In this document: piece after piece, positions 34,366 through 42,809 of the stretch
Position numbering within the stretch: position 1 is the stretch's first letter
How the letters are laid out: every line of letters begins with the position of its first letter
Origin: Clostridia bacterium
Lineage (GTDB): Bacteria > Bacillota > Clostridia > Christensenellales > UBA1242
Assembly (NCBI GenBank): GCA_017408305.1
Contig: JAFQUU010000009.1
Coordinates: 1 to 42,809 of the forward strand
Reading direction: 5' to 3'
DNA: 42,809 bases
Notes under the pieces: model-generated
Told to the model about the DNA's origin: nothing
The model's input: only the letters and a program-made list of their open reading frames with translations
The model's database searches: none
Translations under genes and position numbers: made by a program

Positions 34366-36972
34366 TTATCCTTTTGCTTTTTTTATAAGGTCCTGAAGCA
34401 CCTCAAACGCTTCAAGTGGAGAAAGTTTGTTAATGTCAATGCTTTCTAGTATTTTTTCCACCTGGCTTTTGGGCACAAAAACTTCAGTAGGTTTTTCTTT
34501 AATATTTGTGTTTGCAAGGCGAATATTAAAGTCTTCCTGTGCAATGTTATGGCTGATTTCTTTTGCCCTAGAAATAACTGCCTCGGGTATTCCTGCAAGG
34601 GCTGCAACTTCAATACCAAAACTTTTGTTTGCACCACCACGGACAATTTTTCTTAAGAAAATAATAGAGTTATTGGCTTCCTTAACGCTTATTTGATAGT
34701 TTTTTACACCTTCTGTTATCCCCTCAAGTTCGCTAAGTTCATGATAATGCGTTGCAAATAAAACCTTTGATTTATGTTTTGAAAAATGCTCAACAATTGC
34801 CCAAGCAATGCTTAGGCCATCAAAGGTTGATGTTCCTCTGCCAATTTCATCTAATATTATCAAACTTTTGTCTGTAGCGTTGTTTAAGATGTTTGCCATT
34901 TCCATCATTTCAACCATAAAAGTGCTTTGTCCAGAAGCAAGGTCATCACTTGCACCAACGCGTGTGAATATACGGTCTGTTATTGCAATTTCTGCACTTT
35001 TGGCTGGCACAAAACTGCCAATATGTGCCATAAGTGTGATAATCGCCACTTGCCTCATATATGTGCTTTTGCCTGCCATATTTGGGCCAGTAAGCACCAA
35101 AATTTTATCGTTTTTACAGTCCATATATGTGCTGTTTGCAATAAACTCTTGGCTTTTGAGGATTGCTTCAACAACTGGATGGCGCCCATCTTCTATAGAA
35201 ATATGCTCTATTTTTTCGCTTACCAAAGGCCTTACATAGTTATATTTACTTGCAGACACGCTTAAAGAAATAAGACAGTCAAGCGTGGCAATTGCCTTGC
35301 TTACTTTTTGAAGTTTTTCTATATATTCAATAAGTTTTTCCCTAAACGCTGTAAAAATTTCAATTTCAATTTTCTTTGCAGTATCATCGGCAGACATAAG
35401 TTCATTTTCAAGTTTTTTGATTGATTCATTAAAATAACGGTCTGCATTTGCAACGGTTGCTTTTCTTACATACTCAACCGGCACTTCAAGTGCAAGGTTT
35501 TTGGGCACTTCAATATAATATCCGTACACTCTGTTAAACCCTACTCTAAGAGAGGCAATACCCGTACGCTGTCTTTCTTGCATTTCAAGTTTTGATATTT
35601 CCATCCCTGCATTTGTTTTAAGCGAATTAAGCCTGTCAAGTTCTTTATTAAAACCGGTTTTTATAAACCCACCATCTTTTAGGTGTGCAGACGGTTCATC
35701 ACTTATCACCTGCGAAATAAGACTGACAAGCATTGACATATCTTCAAGGTCTATAAAAACATTTTTTAGGGCATTTGTTTTTACGCCAATCAGCGTTTTT
35801 TTGATGCTTGGCAAAAGAATAAGTGTTTCTTTTAGTGCCTTACAATCTCTTGGCATAATGGATTTCATGCCAATTTTGGAAGTAAGCCTTTCAATATCTT
35901 GGACGCTTTTAAGAAGAAGCGACAAATTTTCCCTAAGCACAATATTTTTAAAAAGTTCTTCAACGCCATCAAGCCTAAAGTTTATTTCTTTTTCATCTTT
36001 TAGGGGTTGTTCAAGCCATTGCCTAAATAGTCTTGCCCCCATTGATGTTTTTGTGTTGTCAAGAACAGAAAGAAGTGTCCCATTTTTTTTACGGTGCCTA
36101 ATGGTTTCAGTGATTTCAAGGTTTTGGCGTGCGATGGAGTCAATAATCATAAACTTACTGAGATCTAGTTTTTTGATTTTTGTTATTTGCTTTAGCAATA
36201 CTTTTTGCGTATCCATTAAATAATCAAGAAGTGCCCCTGATGCAATGGTTGCACTCTTACTGTCGCCAATTTCATACACGGTAAGCACACCTACACCAAA
36301 ATGACTTTTCAATGTTTCAAGTGCATTTTCATACAAAAAACTTTTCTCAAGATATACATAAGGCTTTGGCACAGTGTAAAGTTTGTTGATTGGTAGATAT
36401 TCAAGCGTTTCTTTGGTGTTAAAGTTACAAATGATTTCTGCAGGTTGAATTTTGGCAATAAGGTCGCTTAGTCTGTCATAAATATTTTCTGCGTACTCTG
36501 CAGTAAAAAACTCGCCAGTAGAGATATCTGCGTATGAAACACCAAGCACATTTTTATCTCTTGCCACACACAAAATGAAGTTATTCTTGGTGTCCTCCAA
36601 AACAATGTCAGAGGTTACGGTGCCAGGGGTAATCACCCTAACCACTTCCCTTTTCATTTGCTTACGGCCATCTGCTTCGCCAATTTGTTCACAAATTGCA
36701 ACCTTGTGGCCAAGTTTTAACAGTTTTGCAATATAACTTTCTGCAGAATGAAAAGGCACACCACACATTGGCGCTTTGTTGCCTGCACCACAAGCCCTTG
36801 CAGTAAGTGTAAGTTCCAAAAGTTTGGAAACCAAGATTGCATCATCATCAAACATTTCATAAAAATCGCCAAGCCTGTAAAACAAAATTGCATCTTGATA
36901 TTCTTTTTTGGTGCTTCTGTAATGCTCCATCATGTCAGAAACTTCTTTCTTTGGCTTTTTTTCTTTTTCCAT
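34366..36972 (-). CDS. mutS: DNA mismatch repair protein MutS
   Basis: 868 aa. FYRLGDFYEMF mismatch-binding motif, Walker A GPNMAGKST, DEIGRGTST. Confidence 0.95.
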   Translation of the reverse strand: MEKEKKPKKEVSDMMEHYRSTKKEYQDAILFYRLGDFYEMFDDDAILVSKLLELTLTARACGAGNKAPMCGVPFHSAESYIAKLLKLGHKVAICEQIGEADGRKQMKREVVRVITPGTVTSDIVLEDTKNNFILCVARDKNVLGVSYADISTGEFFTAEYAENIYDRLSDLIAKIQPAEIICNFNTKETLEYLPINKLYTVPKPYVYLEKSFLYENALETLKSHFGVGVLTVYEIGDSKSATIASGALLDYLMDTQKVLLKQITKIKKLDLSKFMIIDSIARQNLEITETIRHRKKNGTLLSVLDNTKTSMGARLFRQWLEQPLKDEKEINFRLDGVEELFKNIVLRENLSLLLKSVQDIERLTSKIGMKSIMPRDCKALKETLILLPSIKKTLIGVKTNALKNVFIDLEDMSMLVSLISQVISDEPSAHLKDGGFIKTGFNKELDRLNSLKTNAGMEISKLEMQERQRTGIASLRVGFNRVYGYYIEVPKNLALEVPVEYVRKATVANADRYFNESIKKLENELMSADDTAKKIEIEIFTAFREKLIEYIEKLQKVSKAIATLDCLISLSVSASKYNYVRPLVSEKIEHISIEDGRHPVVEAILKSQEFIANSTYMDCKNDKILVLTGPNMAGKSTYMRQVAIITLMAHIGSFVPAKSAEIAITDRIFTRVGASDDLASGQSTFMVEMMEMANILNNATDKSLIILDEIGRGTSTFDGLSIAWAIVEHFSKHKSKVLFATHYHELSELEGITEGVKNYQISVKEANNSIIFLRKIVRGGANKSFGIEVAALAGIPEAVISRAKEISHNIAQEDFNIRLANTNIKEKPTEVFVPKSQVEKILESIDINKLSPLEAFEVLQDLIKKAKG

Positions 36973-36974
36973 AT

Positions 36975-38099
36975 TTAATCTTTTCCTTTGTACAGTTTTG
37001 CAACTTTTAAAACTTCATTAACTCTTTCGTGTTTTACTTTGTCATCAACTTGATTTTCCATAACGCTTGCAGGAGTGCCCTGCCTTTTTGAGTACATAAA
37101 AGCAAAAACATTGTCAAACTTCACTTCTTTAAGAAGGCTTATGGTTTCCTGAAAATCTTCCTCAGTTTCACCAGGGAAGCCAACAATAATGTCAGTTGAA
37201 AGTTTAACGCCCTTTATTTTTTGTTTGATTTCCTCAATAACGCTCAAGTATTTTTCACGAGTGTATTTTCTATTCATAAGAGAAAGTATTTTTGTGCTTC
37301 CACTTTGCACTGGCAAATGCACTTCTTTAAGCATCTTTGGATTTAAGGCAATAAAATCAATAAGTTCGCTTGATAAATCTTTTGGGTGTGATGTCATAAA
37401 TGTAACAACAAAATCGCCTTCAATTTTGCAAATTTCCTTAAGAAGCGTAACAAAGTTTACTCCCTCAAGACCTTCGCCATAACTGTTCACATTTTGCCCA
37501 AGAAGTGTGATTTTTTTATAACCTTCCTTTATTACTTGTTTTGCTTCCTGAACAATGTCTTTAAGTGGTCTACTTCTTTCCCTGCCCCTAACATATGGCA
37601 CAATGCAATAGGTGCAAAAATTGTTGCAACCCTGCATAATGTTTATCCAAGCATTTTCGCCACTTGTGCGATATTTGGGCAAGTCTTCCCCCAAGAGATT
37701 AAAGTCTTCGCTGTGGCGTAAAATATGCTTGCCTTGGTAAGAATTTAAAAACTCTTCAAAAAGATATAAATTTGATGTGCCAAAAATAATATCCACAAAT
37801 GGAAAAGTTTTGTAGATATACTCTGCGTTATCCTTAACCTGAGTCATACACCCACAAACTGCAATAATTTTGTTTGGATTTTCTTTCTTAAGGCGTTTTA
37901 GTGCACCAATATTGCCAAATGCCCTATCTTCTGCACCTGCCCTTATTGCACAAGTGTTAAAAACAATGACATCTGCGTTTTCAAGGGTTGATGCTTCTTG
38001 ATAACCAAGGTTTTGAAGCACTCCAGCAATTTTTTCACTTTCATGAACATTTAGTTGACAACCATAAGTTGTAATAAAGTAAGATTTTTTCATAAGCAC
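36975..38099 (-). CDS. miaB: tRNA-i6A37 methylthiotransferase MiaB-like (no TRAM domain)
   Basis: 374 aa. UPF0004 domain (TYGCQLNVHESE, NTCAIR, GCM), radical-SAM CNNFCTYC. The ORF ends about 60-70 aa short of the usual TRAM domain. Confidence 0.8.
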   Translation of the reverse strand: MLMKKSYFITTYGCQLNVHESEKIAGVLQNLGYQEASTLENADVIVFNTCAIRAGAEDRAFGNIGALKRLKKENPNKIIAVCGCMTQVKDNAEYIYKTFPFVDIIFGTSNLYLFEEFLNSYQGKHILRHSEDFNLLGEDLPKYRTSGENAWINIMQGCNNFCTYCIVPYVRGRERSRPLKDIVQEAKQVIKEGYKKITLLGQNVNSYGEGLEGVNFVTLLKEICKIEGDFVVTFMTSHPKDLSSELIDFIALNPKMLKEVHLPVQSGSTKILSLMNRKYTREKYLSVIEEIKQKIKGVKLSTDIIVGFPGETEEDFQETISLLKEVKFDNVFAFMYSKRQGTPASVMENQVDDKVKHERVNEVLKVAKLYKGKD

Positions 38100-38169
38100 A
38101 TATTAGCATAATTTGTCAAAAAAATCTAGTAGGTAAGCATAAAATTATACCATTTATACCATAATAATT

Positions 38170-40404
38170 TTGATGAAAAGGTATATTTCAACCACTTTTA
38201 AAGTTTTAATAATTCTTTTTTTGATTGGCGTAATGCTTTTTGGTGGCATTATGATTTACTCTTTAACTGTTTCAAGGGTGCCACTTGATATATCAAAAAT
38301 CACCGATACTTCTCTTGAAATTAAAGTTTTTGGACAAGAAGGTCTAAAACTTGATGAGTTTAACGCATTCAACAGCCCTCGTGCAAGTTTTGACAAAATC
38401 CCACCACATGTAGTAAATGCATTTATATCTATTGAAGACAAAAAATTTTTCAGCCATAGAGGCATCAATGTGCCAAGAATGTTTAAAGCATTTCTTAATA
38501 ACCTAAAGTCTATGTCGCTAAAAGAAGGTGCTTCAACAATTACGCAACAACTGATTAAAAACACACATCTTTCTTTTGAAAAAAATTTGCCAAGAAAATT
38601 TAACGAGATTGTGCTTTCATTAAACCTAGAGCACCAAATGAGCAAAGAGGATATCCTAGAAAACTATCTCAATGTTATATACTTTGGCAGTGGCTCCTAT
38701 GGCATTGAAAGTGCAAGTCAGCATTACTTTTCAAAACCCGTTCAACAACTTTCTGTGGCAGAAGGTGCACTTCTTGCAGGGATCATCAAGTCTCCAAACA
38801 AATATTCGCCTATTTCAAGGCCTAAACAGGCAAAAGAAAGAAGAAATATGGTGCTTTTTGAAATGAAAAAAGATGGATATATCTCTCAAAAAGAATTTCA
38901 TGACCTTGCCCAAACTGACCTAAACCTTACGCTTTCAACCAGCAAAAAAAACAAACTGAACTCCTACTCGCAAAGTGCCATTGATGAAGCAACAGAACTA
39001 CTTAATATGACCGAACGCCAACTTGCAATCTCTGGTTATAAAATCTACACTTATCAAGACCTTGACAAGCAAATGAAACTCAATAGTCTCCTTTCAAAAA
39101 CAAAATTTGACAGCGATTATGCAGTTATTGATATAGATTCAAAATCTGGTGGTGTTTTGGCATATAACGGCGAAAGCAGTTACAAAATCCTAAAGCATCC
39201 ACGCCAAATTGGCTCTCTTGCCAAACCCATTTTGGTTTACGGGCCTGCAATCAACGAAAATATCATCTCGCCTGCTTCACTTATTCTTGATGAACCATTG
39301 ACAATCGGTTCATACTCTCCACAAAATGTTTCTGGCACTTACCAAGGTTATGTTTCAGCAAGGCAGGCACTTTCAAAATCGCTTAATATCCCAGCAGTAA
39401 AAACTGCTTCATATGTTGGATTAGATAAAATATCATCATACGCAAAAAAAATGGACCTTAAACTATCAAACAAAGATTATTCATACTCTTTGGCACTTGG
39501 TGGACTTACCTACGGATTTTCAGTTAAAGACACTTTTGGTGCATACACAGCCTTTGCAAATGCTGGAGAGTTTTCAAAACCAAGGTTTGTAAAATACATA
39601 ACAAACGCAAGTGGCGATATTGTCTATAAAAACCCCGAAACCAAACAAAGAGTGTTTAGGGAAGACTCTGCATACCTTGTAACAGACATTCTTAAAACCT
39701 GTGCCAAAAGTGGCACAGCAAGAAAACTTGGGGATTTAAATTTTGATGTTGCCGCAAAAACTGGCACTGTTGGTAATGTAAAGGGCAACCTTGATGCCTA
39801 CAGCGTGGCATACACCACAGAAGACATTGTTGGCGTTTGGATGGGAAACATGGACAATAAGTACATTAAAACAGCAGGTGGCAATCAGCCCACTGCCCTT
39901 GCAAAAGAATACCTTAAAAAGATTTATGCCACTTCTTGCCCCACAAACTTTGAAATGCCATCATCAGTTGAGAAAGTTGCAATCAACCAGTTTGAACTTG
40001 ATACAAACCACAAACTTGTCCGTGCAAATAGCCTTACATCTCCTCTTGACACAACCTATGAACTGTTTTCAAGGTTTAATTTGCCCAAAACTGTTGACTA
40101 CTCATACTTTTTGGCACCACCAAGCCTTGTTGGCTATGTTGAAAATCAAACTGCCGTTTTAAAATTTACTGCCAAAGCAAACTGCCTTTACAAGCTTTAC
40201 AAAAAAACAGCAAATCAAACAACGCTTGTAAAAACAATTTCTTCTCAAACTGGGAGCCAAGAAATTTTTGACCCACTTGTTTTAAAACAAAAAACGGAGT
40301 ATTTTTTGGAAGAAGAAAACCCTAGCACTAAAACCACGCAAAAAAGCGATTCAGTAATACTTATTAACAACCAATCCACTCCAAAGCCCAAGTGGTATAT
40401 ATAA
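38170..40404 (+). CDS. Class A penicillin-binding protein (bifunctional glycosyltransferase/transpeptidase, PBP1A-like)
   Basis: 744 aa. TM anchor, GT51 EDKKFFSHRGIN, transpeptidase SLAK, SLN, KTGT. TTG 38170 or ATG 38173 start. Confidence 0.9.
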   Translation: MMKRYISTTFKVLIILFLIGVMLFGGIMIYSLTVSRVPLDISKITDTSLEIKVFGQEGLKLDEFNAFNSPRASFDKIPPHVVNAFISIEDKKFFSHRGINVPRMFKAFLNNLKSMSLKEGASTITQQLIKNTHLSFEKNLPRKFNEIVLSLNLEHQMSKEDILENYLNVIYFGSGSYGIESASQHYFSKPVQQLSVAEGALLAGIIKSPNKYSPISRPKQAKERRNMVLFEMKKDGYISQKEFHDLAQTDLNLTLSTSKKNKLNSYSQSAIDEATELLNMTERQLAISGYKIYTYQDLDKQMKLNSLLSKTKFDSDYAVIDIDSKSGGVLAYNGESSYKILKHPRQIGSLAKPILVYGPAINENIISPASLILDEPLTIGSYSPQNVSGTYQGYVSARQALSKSLNIPAVKTASYVGLDKISSYAKKMDLKLSNKDYSYSLALGGLTYGFSVKDTFGAYTAFANAGEFSKPRFVKYITNASGDIVYKNPETKQRVFREDSAYLVTDILKTCAKSGTARKLGDLNFDVAAKTGTVGNVKGNLDAYSVAYTTEDIVGVWMGNMDNKYIKTAGGNQPTALAKEYLKKIYATSCPTNFEMPSSVEKVAINQFELDTNHKLVRANSLTSPLDTTYELFSRFNLPKTVDYSYFLAPPSLVGYVENQTAVLKFTAKANCLYKLYKKTANQTTLVKTISSQTGSQEIFDPLVLKQKTEYFLEEENPSTKTTQKSDSVILINNQSTPKPKWYI

Positions 40405-40405
40405 T

Positions 40406-40433
40406 AAAAAACACTACATATGTAGTGTTTTTT
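40406..40433. terminator. Bidirectional terminator between PBP1A and recA
   Basis: 18-nt perfect palindrome ACACTACATATGTAGTGT (40411-40428), flanked by A5 and T5. Confidence 0.8.
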
Positions 40434-40434
40434 A

Positions 40435-41430
40435 TTATTTATTCATTAAGCGTTTACGAATTTCGTCTTCCAAAATATCGTAAAGTTCTGGGTGCTCTTT
40501 CAGGTACTTCTTTACATTTTCTTTGCCTTGACCAATCTTTTCTCCCTCAAACGCAAACCATGAACCTGTTTTTTGAATAAGGCCATATTCAACTGCCAAA
40601 TCCAAAATTGTGCCTGCCTTAGAAATGCCTTCGCCAAACATGATGTCAAACTCTGCAGTTCTAAAAGGTGGTGCAAGTTTGTTTTTTACAACCTTGATGC
40701 GTGTGTGGTTGCCAACAACTTCCGATCCATCTTTTATTGCCTCCACCCTTCTTACATCAAGGCGAATTGAAGAGTAAAACTTAAGTGCCTTGCCACCAGC
40801 AGTGGTTTCTGGATTGCCATAAAGCACACCAATTTTTTCACGAAGTTGGTTAATGAAAATCACGCAACATTTGTTTTTGTTTGCAACTGCAGTAAGTTTT
40901 CTTAGTGCCTGACTCATAAGCCTTGCTTGAAGACCAACACGGTTGTCGCCCATATCACCTTCAATTTCTGCCCTTGGGGTAAGTGCTGCAACGCTGTCTA
41001 CGATCACAATGTCAACTGCACCATTTTTGATAAGTTTTTCACAAATGTCAAGTGCCTGTTCACCATCATCAGGCTGTGCAACATAAAGGTTTTCAACATC
41101 CACCCCAAGTTTTTTTGCATAAACAGGGTCAAGTGCGTGCTCTGCATCAATAAATGCAGCAACGCCACCCATTTTTTGACACTCTGCCACAGCATGAAGT
41201 GCAACCGTTGTTTTGCCACTGCTTTCTGGGCCATAAATTTCAACAATCCTGCCCCTTGGCATGCCACCAATGCCAAGTGCATAATCAAGTGTTAAACACC
41301 CACTTGGAAACACTTCAACAGGCTGAATTTCTGCACTGCCAAGTTTCATAATGCTGCCTTTGCCAAATTGTTTTTCAATTTCTTGAAGTGCAAGTTCAAG
41401 GTTTTTCTTTCTATCTTCTTCAACAATCAT
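40435..41430 (-). CDS. recA: Recombinase RecA
   Basis: 331 aa from ATG 41430, downstream of GGGGGAAAACAA. Walker [10 protein letters not shown]. The track start at 41490 is an upstream extension. Confidence 0.97.
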   Translation of the reverse strand: MIVEEDRKKNLELALQEIEKQFGKGSIMKLGSAEIQPVEVFPSGCLTLDYALGIGGMPRGRIVEIYGPESSGKTTVALHAVAECQKMGGVAAFIDAEHALDPVYAKKLGVDVENLYVAQPDDGEQALDICEKLIKNGAVDIVIVDSVAALTPRAEIEGDMGDNRVGLQARLMSQALRKLTAVANKNKCCVIFINQLREKIGVLYGNPETTAGGKALKFYSSIRLDVRRVEAIKDGSEVVGNHTRIKVVKNKLAPPFRTAEFDIMFGEGISKAGTILDLAVEYGLIQKTGSWFAFEGEKIGQGKENVKKYLKEHPELYDILEDEIRKRLMNK

Positions 41431-41525
41431 TTGTTTTCCCCCTAAAAGTAACCTAACTATATATATAACATATACAATAAAAAAAATCAAGATATAATTT
41501 TTTATCTTAATTTTTCTATGATATT

Positions 41526-42122
41526 TTATTCTTTTGGTTCTGGTTTATTATCCTTAAACACACCCCAGTTTTTAACAAAATAGTTGATTCCACTTAGGAT
41601 TGTTAAAAGTGTTGCAAGGCCTATTAAAACATAGCAAATTATGCCAAATATATGCAAAAATCCTGCACTTACCAACCCTTCTACTGCAAAAAATGCATAA
41701 AGCATAAATGCTGGAAGCGCAATGTCTTGTACAAGTGCCTTGTACTTGCCAAACTTGTCAGCCGCAACCACCAAGCCTTTGTTAACTGCCACTTGGCGAA
41801 GAAATGTTACTGCAAACTCTCTGCAAAGGATAATGATTGCAACAATCGCCCCCCAAGGTCCAGCGATTGTGCCATCAGCAACAACAAGCACAAGTGCAAC
41901 GGTGATTAAAAGTTTATCAGCAATGGTATCTAAAAATTTGCCAAGGTCAGTTACTTGCCCAGTTTTTCTTGCAAGACGCCCATCAATAAAGTCTGTTATT
42001 GCAGCCGCAGCAAACAGAAAAACGGCAATAAATTTGCCCCAAGGAATAAAGTCTGCAAGATAGAAAAAAGCAATAAATGGTAGTAAGAATATTCTTATTG
42101 TTGTTATTTGATTTGGTGTCAT
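41526..42122 (-). CDS. pgsA: CDP-diacylglycerol--glycerol-3-phosphate 3-phosphatidyltransferase
   Basis: 198 aa. CDP-alcohol transferase motif [27 protein letters not shown]. Confidence 0.9.
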   Translation of the reverse strand: MTPNQITTIRIFLLPFIAFFYLADFIPWGKFIAVFLFAAAAITDFIDGRLARKTGQVTDLGKFLDTIADKLLITVALVLVVADGTIAGPWGAIVAIIILCREFAVTFLRQVAVNKGLVVAADKFGKYKALVQDIALPAFMLYAFFAVEGLVSAGFLHIFGIICYVLIGLATLLTILSGINYFVKNWGVFKDNKPEPKE

Positions 42123-42809
42123 AAAATTTCCCCCTTAAATCCAAATTCATTTAATTCTACAAGTTTTGCCTTGTAGATTTTACCAATTTCAAGTTGACAG
42201 TTTTCTGAAAAATCAAAAGTAACTTTAAGGTCTATATCTGGCGAAGCATTTTTTTCATGTCCCCAAAACAGTTCCATTTCGCCGTCATATCCATCAATCA
42301 TCACTTCAACTTCTTCATCAAGCCTTTTTGCATTGATATGATTTAAAACAATGTTTTGAAGAGTCTCAATTTTCTTAAGACGCTTTCTTTTCACAAAACC
42401 CCAAACTTGTTTTGGCATATAAAAAGCCTTGGTTTTTTCTTCTTTAGAAAACTCAAAAAAACTTGCGTAGCGTATATTTCCATCTGCAATAAAGTCAAAA
42501 AGTTTTTGAAAGGCTTGTTTTGTTTCCCCCGGAAAGCCCACAATAAATGTGCTTCTTAGCACAATTTCAGGAAAGTTATTACGGATAAGTTTTACAAGTT
42601 TTCTTGTTTCATCTTCATCGGTTTTTCGGTTCATGTCTTTTAAGATTTTGTTGTCAATGTGTTGGAGTGGCATATCAAGGTATTTACACATCTTTGGATG
42701 CGTTGCAATAAAATCTAAAAGTTCAATGCTTACCCACTCGGGATAGATGTACTGAAGTTTTATCCACTCAAGATTTTTAATTTTTACAAGCGAATTTAAT
42801 AGTTTTAAC
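42119..42809 (-). CDS. rimO: Ribosomal protein S12 methylthiotransferase RimO, C-terminal part (5' end outside window)
   Basis: The frame stays open upstream of the track Met to the window edge (...LKLLNSLVKIKNLEWIKLQYIYPEWVSIELLDFIATHPKMCKYLDMPLQH...). C-terminal TRAM domain. rimO-pgsA-recA synteny. Confidence 0.8.
   Translation of the reverse strand, partial: LKLLNSLVKIKNLEWIKLQYIYPEWVSIELLDFIATHPKMCKYLDMPLQHIDNKILKDMNRKTDEDETRKLVKLIRNNFPEIVLRSTFIVGFPGETKQAFQKLFDFIADGNIRYASFFEFSKEEKTKAFYMPKQVWGFVKRKRLKKIETLQNIVLNHINAKRLDEEVEVMIDGYDGEMELFWGHEKNASPDIDLKVTFDFSENCQLEIGKIYKAKLVELNEFGFKGEIL

Noticed and set aside
1-42809. Scan for CRISPR arrays, rRNA, tRNA, transposases/IS elements and toxin-antitoxin or known defence operons.
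   Set aside because: I saw no regularly spaced repeats, no tRNA-like cloverleaf candidates in the intergenic regions, no transposase-like ORFs and no recognisable defence gene pairs. The only mobile DNA detected is the microvirus prophage.

Overview
Low-GC chromosomal segment from an endospore-forming Firmicute (Clostridia-like). The left half (1-21.2 kb) is almost entirely + strand. It carries a spoVA tail, yunB, engB, a GyrB/GyrA-family (topo IV-like) pair, the full spoIIIAA-AH operon, asp23-nusB-xseAB, rplM-rpsI, ruvX-DUF1292, yqfC-yqfD-ybeY-era-recO and rny. The right half (21.4-42.8 kb) is almost entirely - strand. It carries a membrane-anchored PadR regulator, serS, miaB-mutS-mutL-miaA, PBP1A and rimO-pgsA-recA. 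The stand-out feature lies where the coding strands converge: a complete ~5.1-kb gokushovirus-like Microviridae (ssDNA) prophage. It encodes VP1, VP2, VP3, VP4, a VP5-like protein and an ORF8/J-like peptide, plus an RHH regulator and a holin-like membrane protein, but no integrase. It is bracketed by 28-bp direct repeats whose outer halves rebuild a perfect 13-4-13 palindrome, and a XerS-like tyrosine recombinase lies 2.6 kb away. I interpret this as an ssDNA phage integrated as a Xer-exploiting element (IMEX) at a non-canonical, XerS/difSL-style dif site at the replication terminus. No rRNA, tRNA or CRISPR array was seen. All homology statements come from reading motifs by eye, not from database searches.
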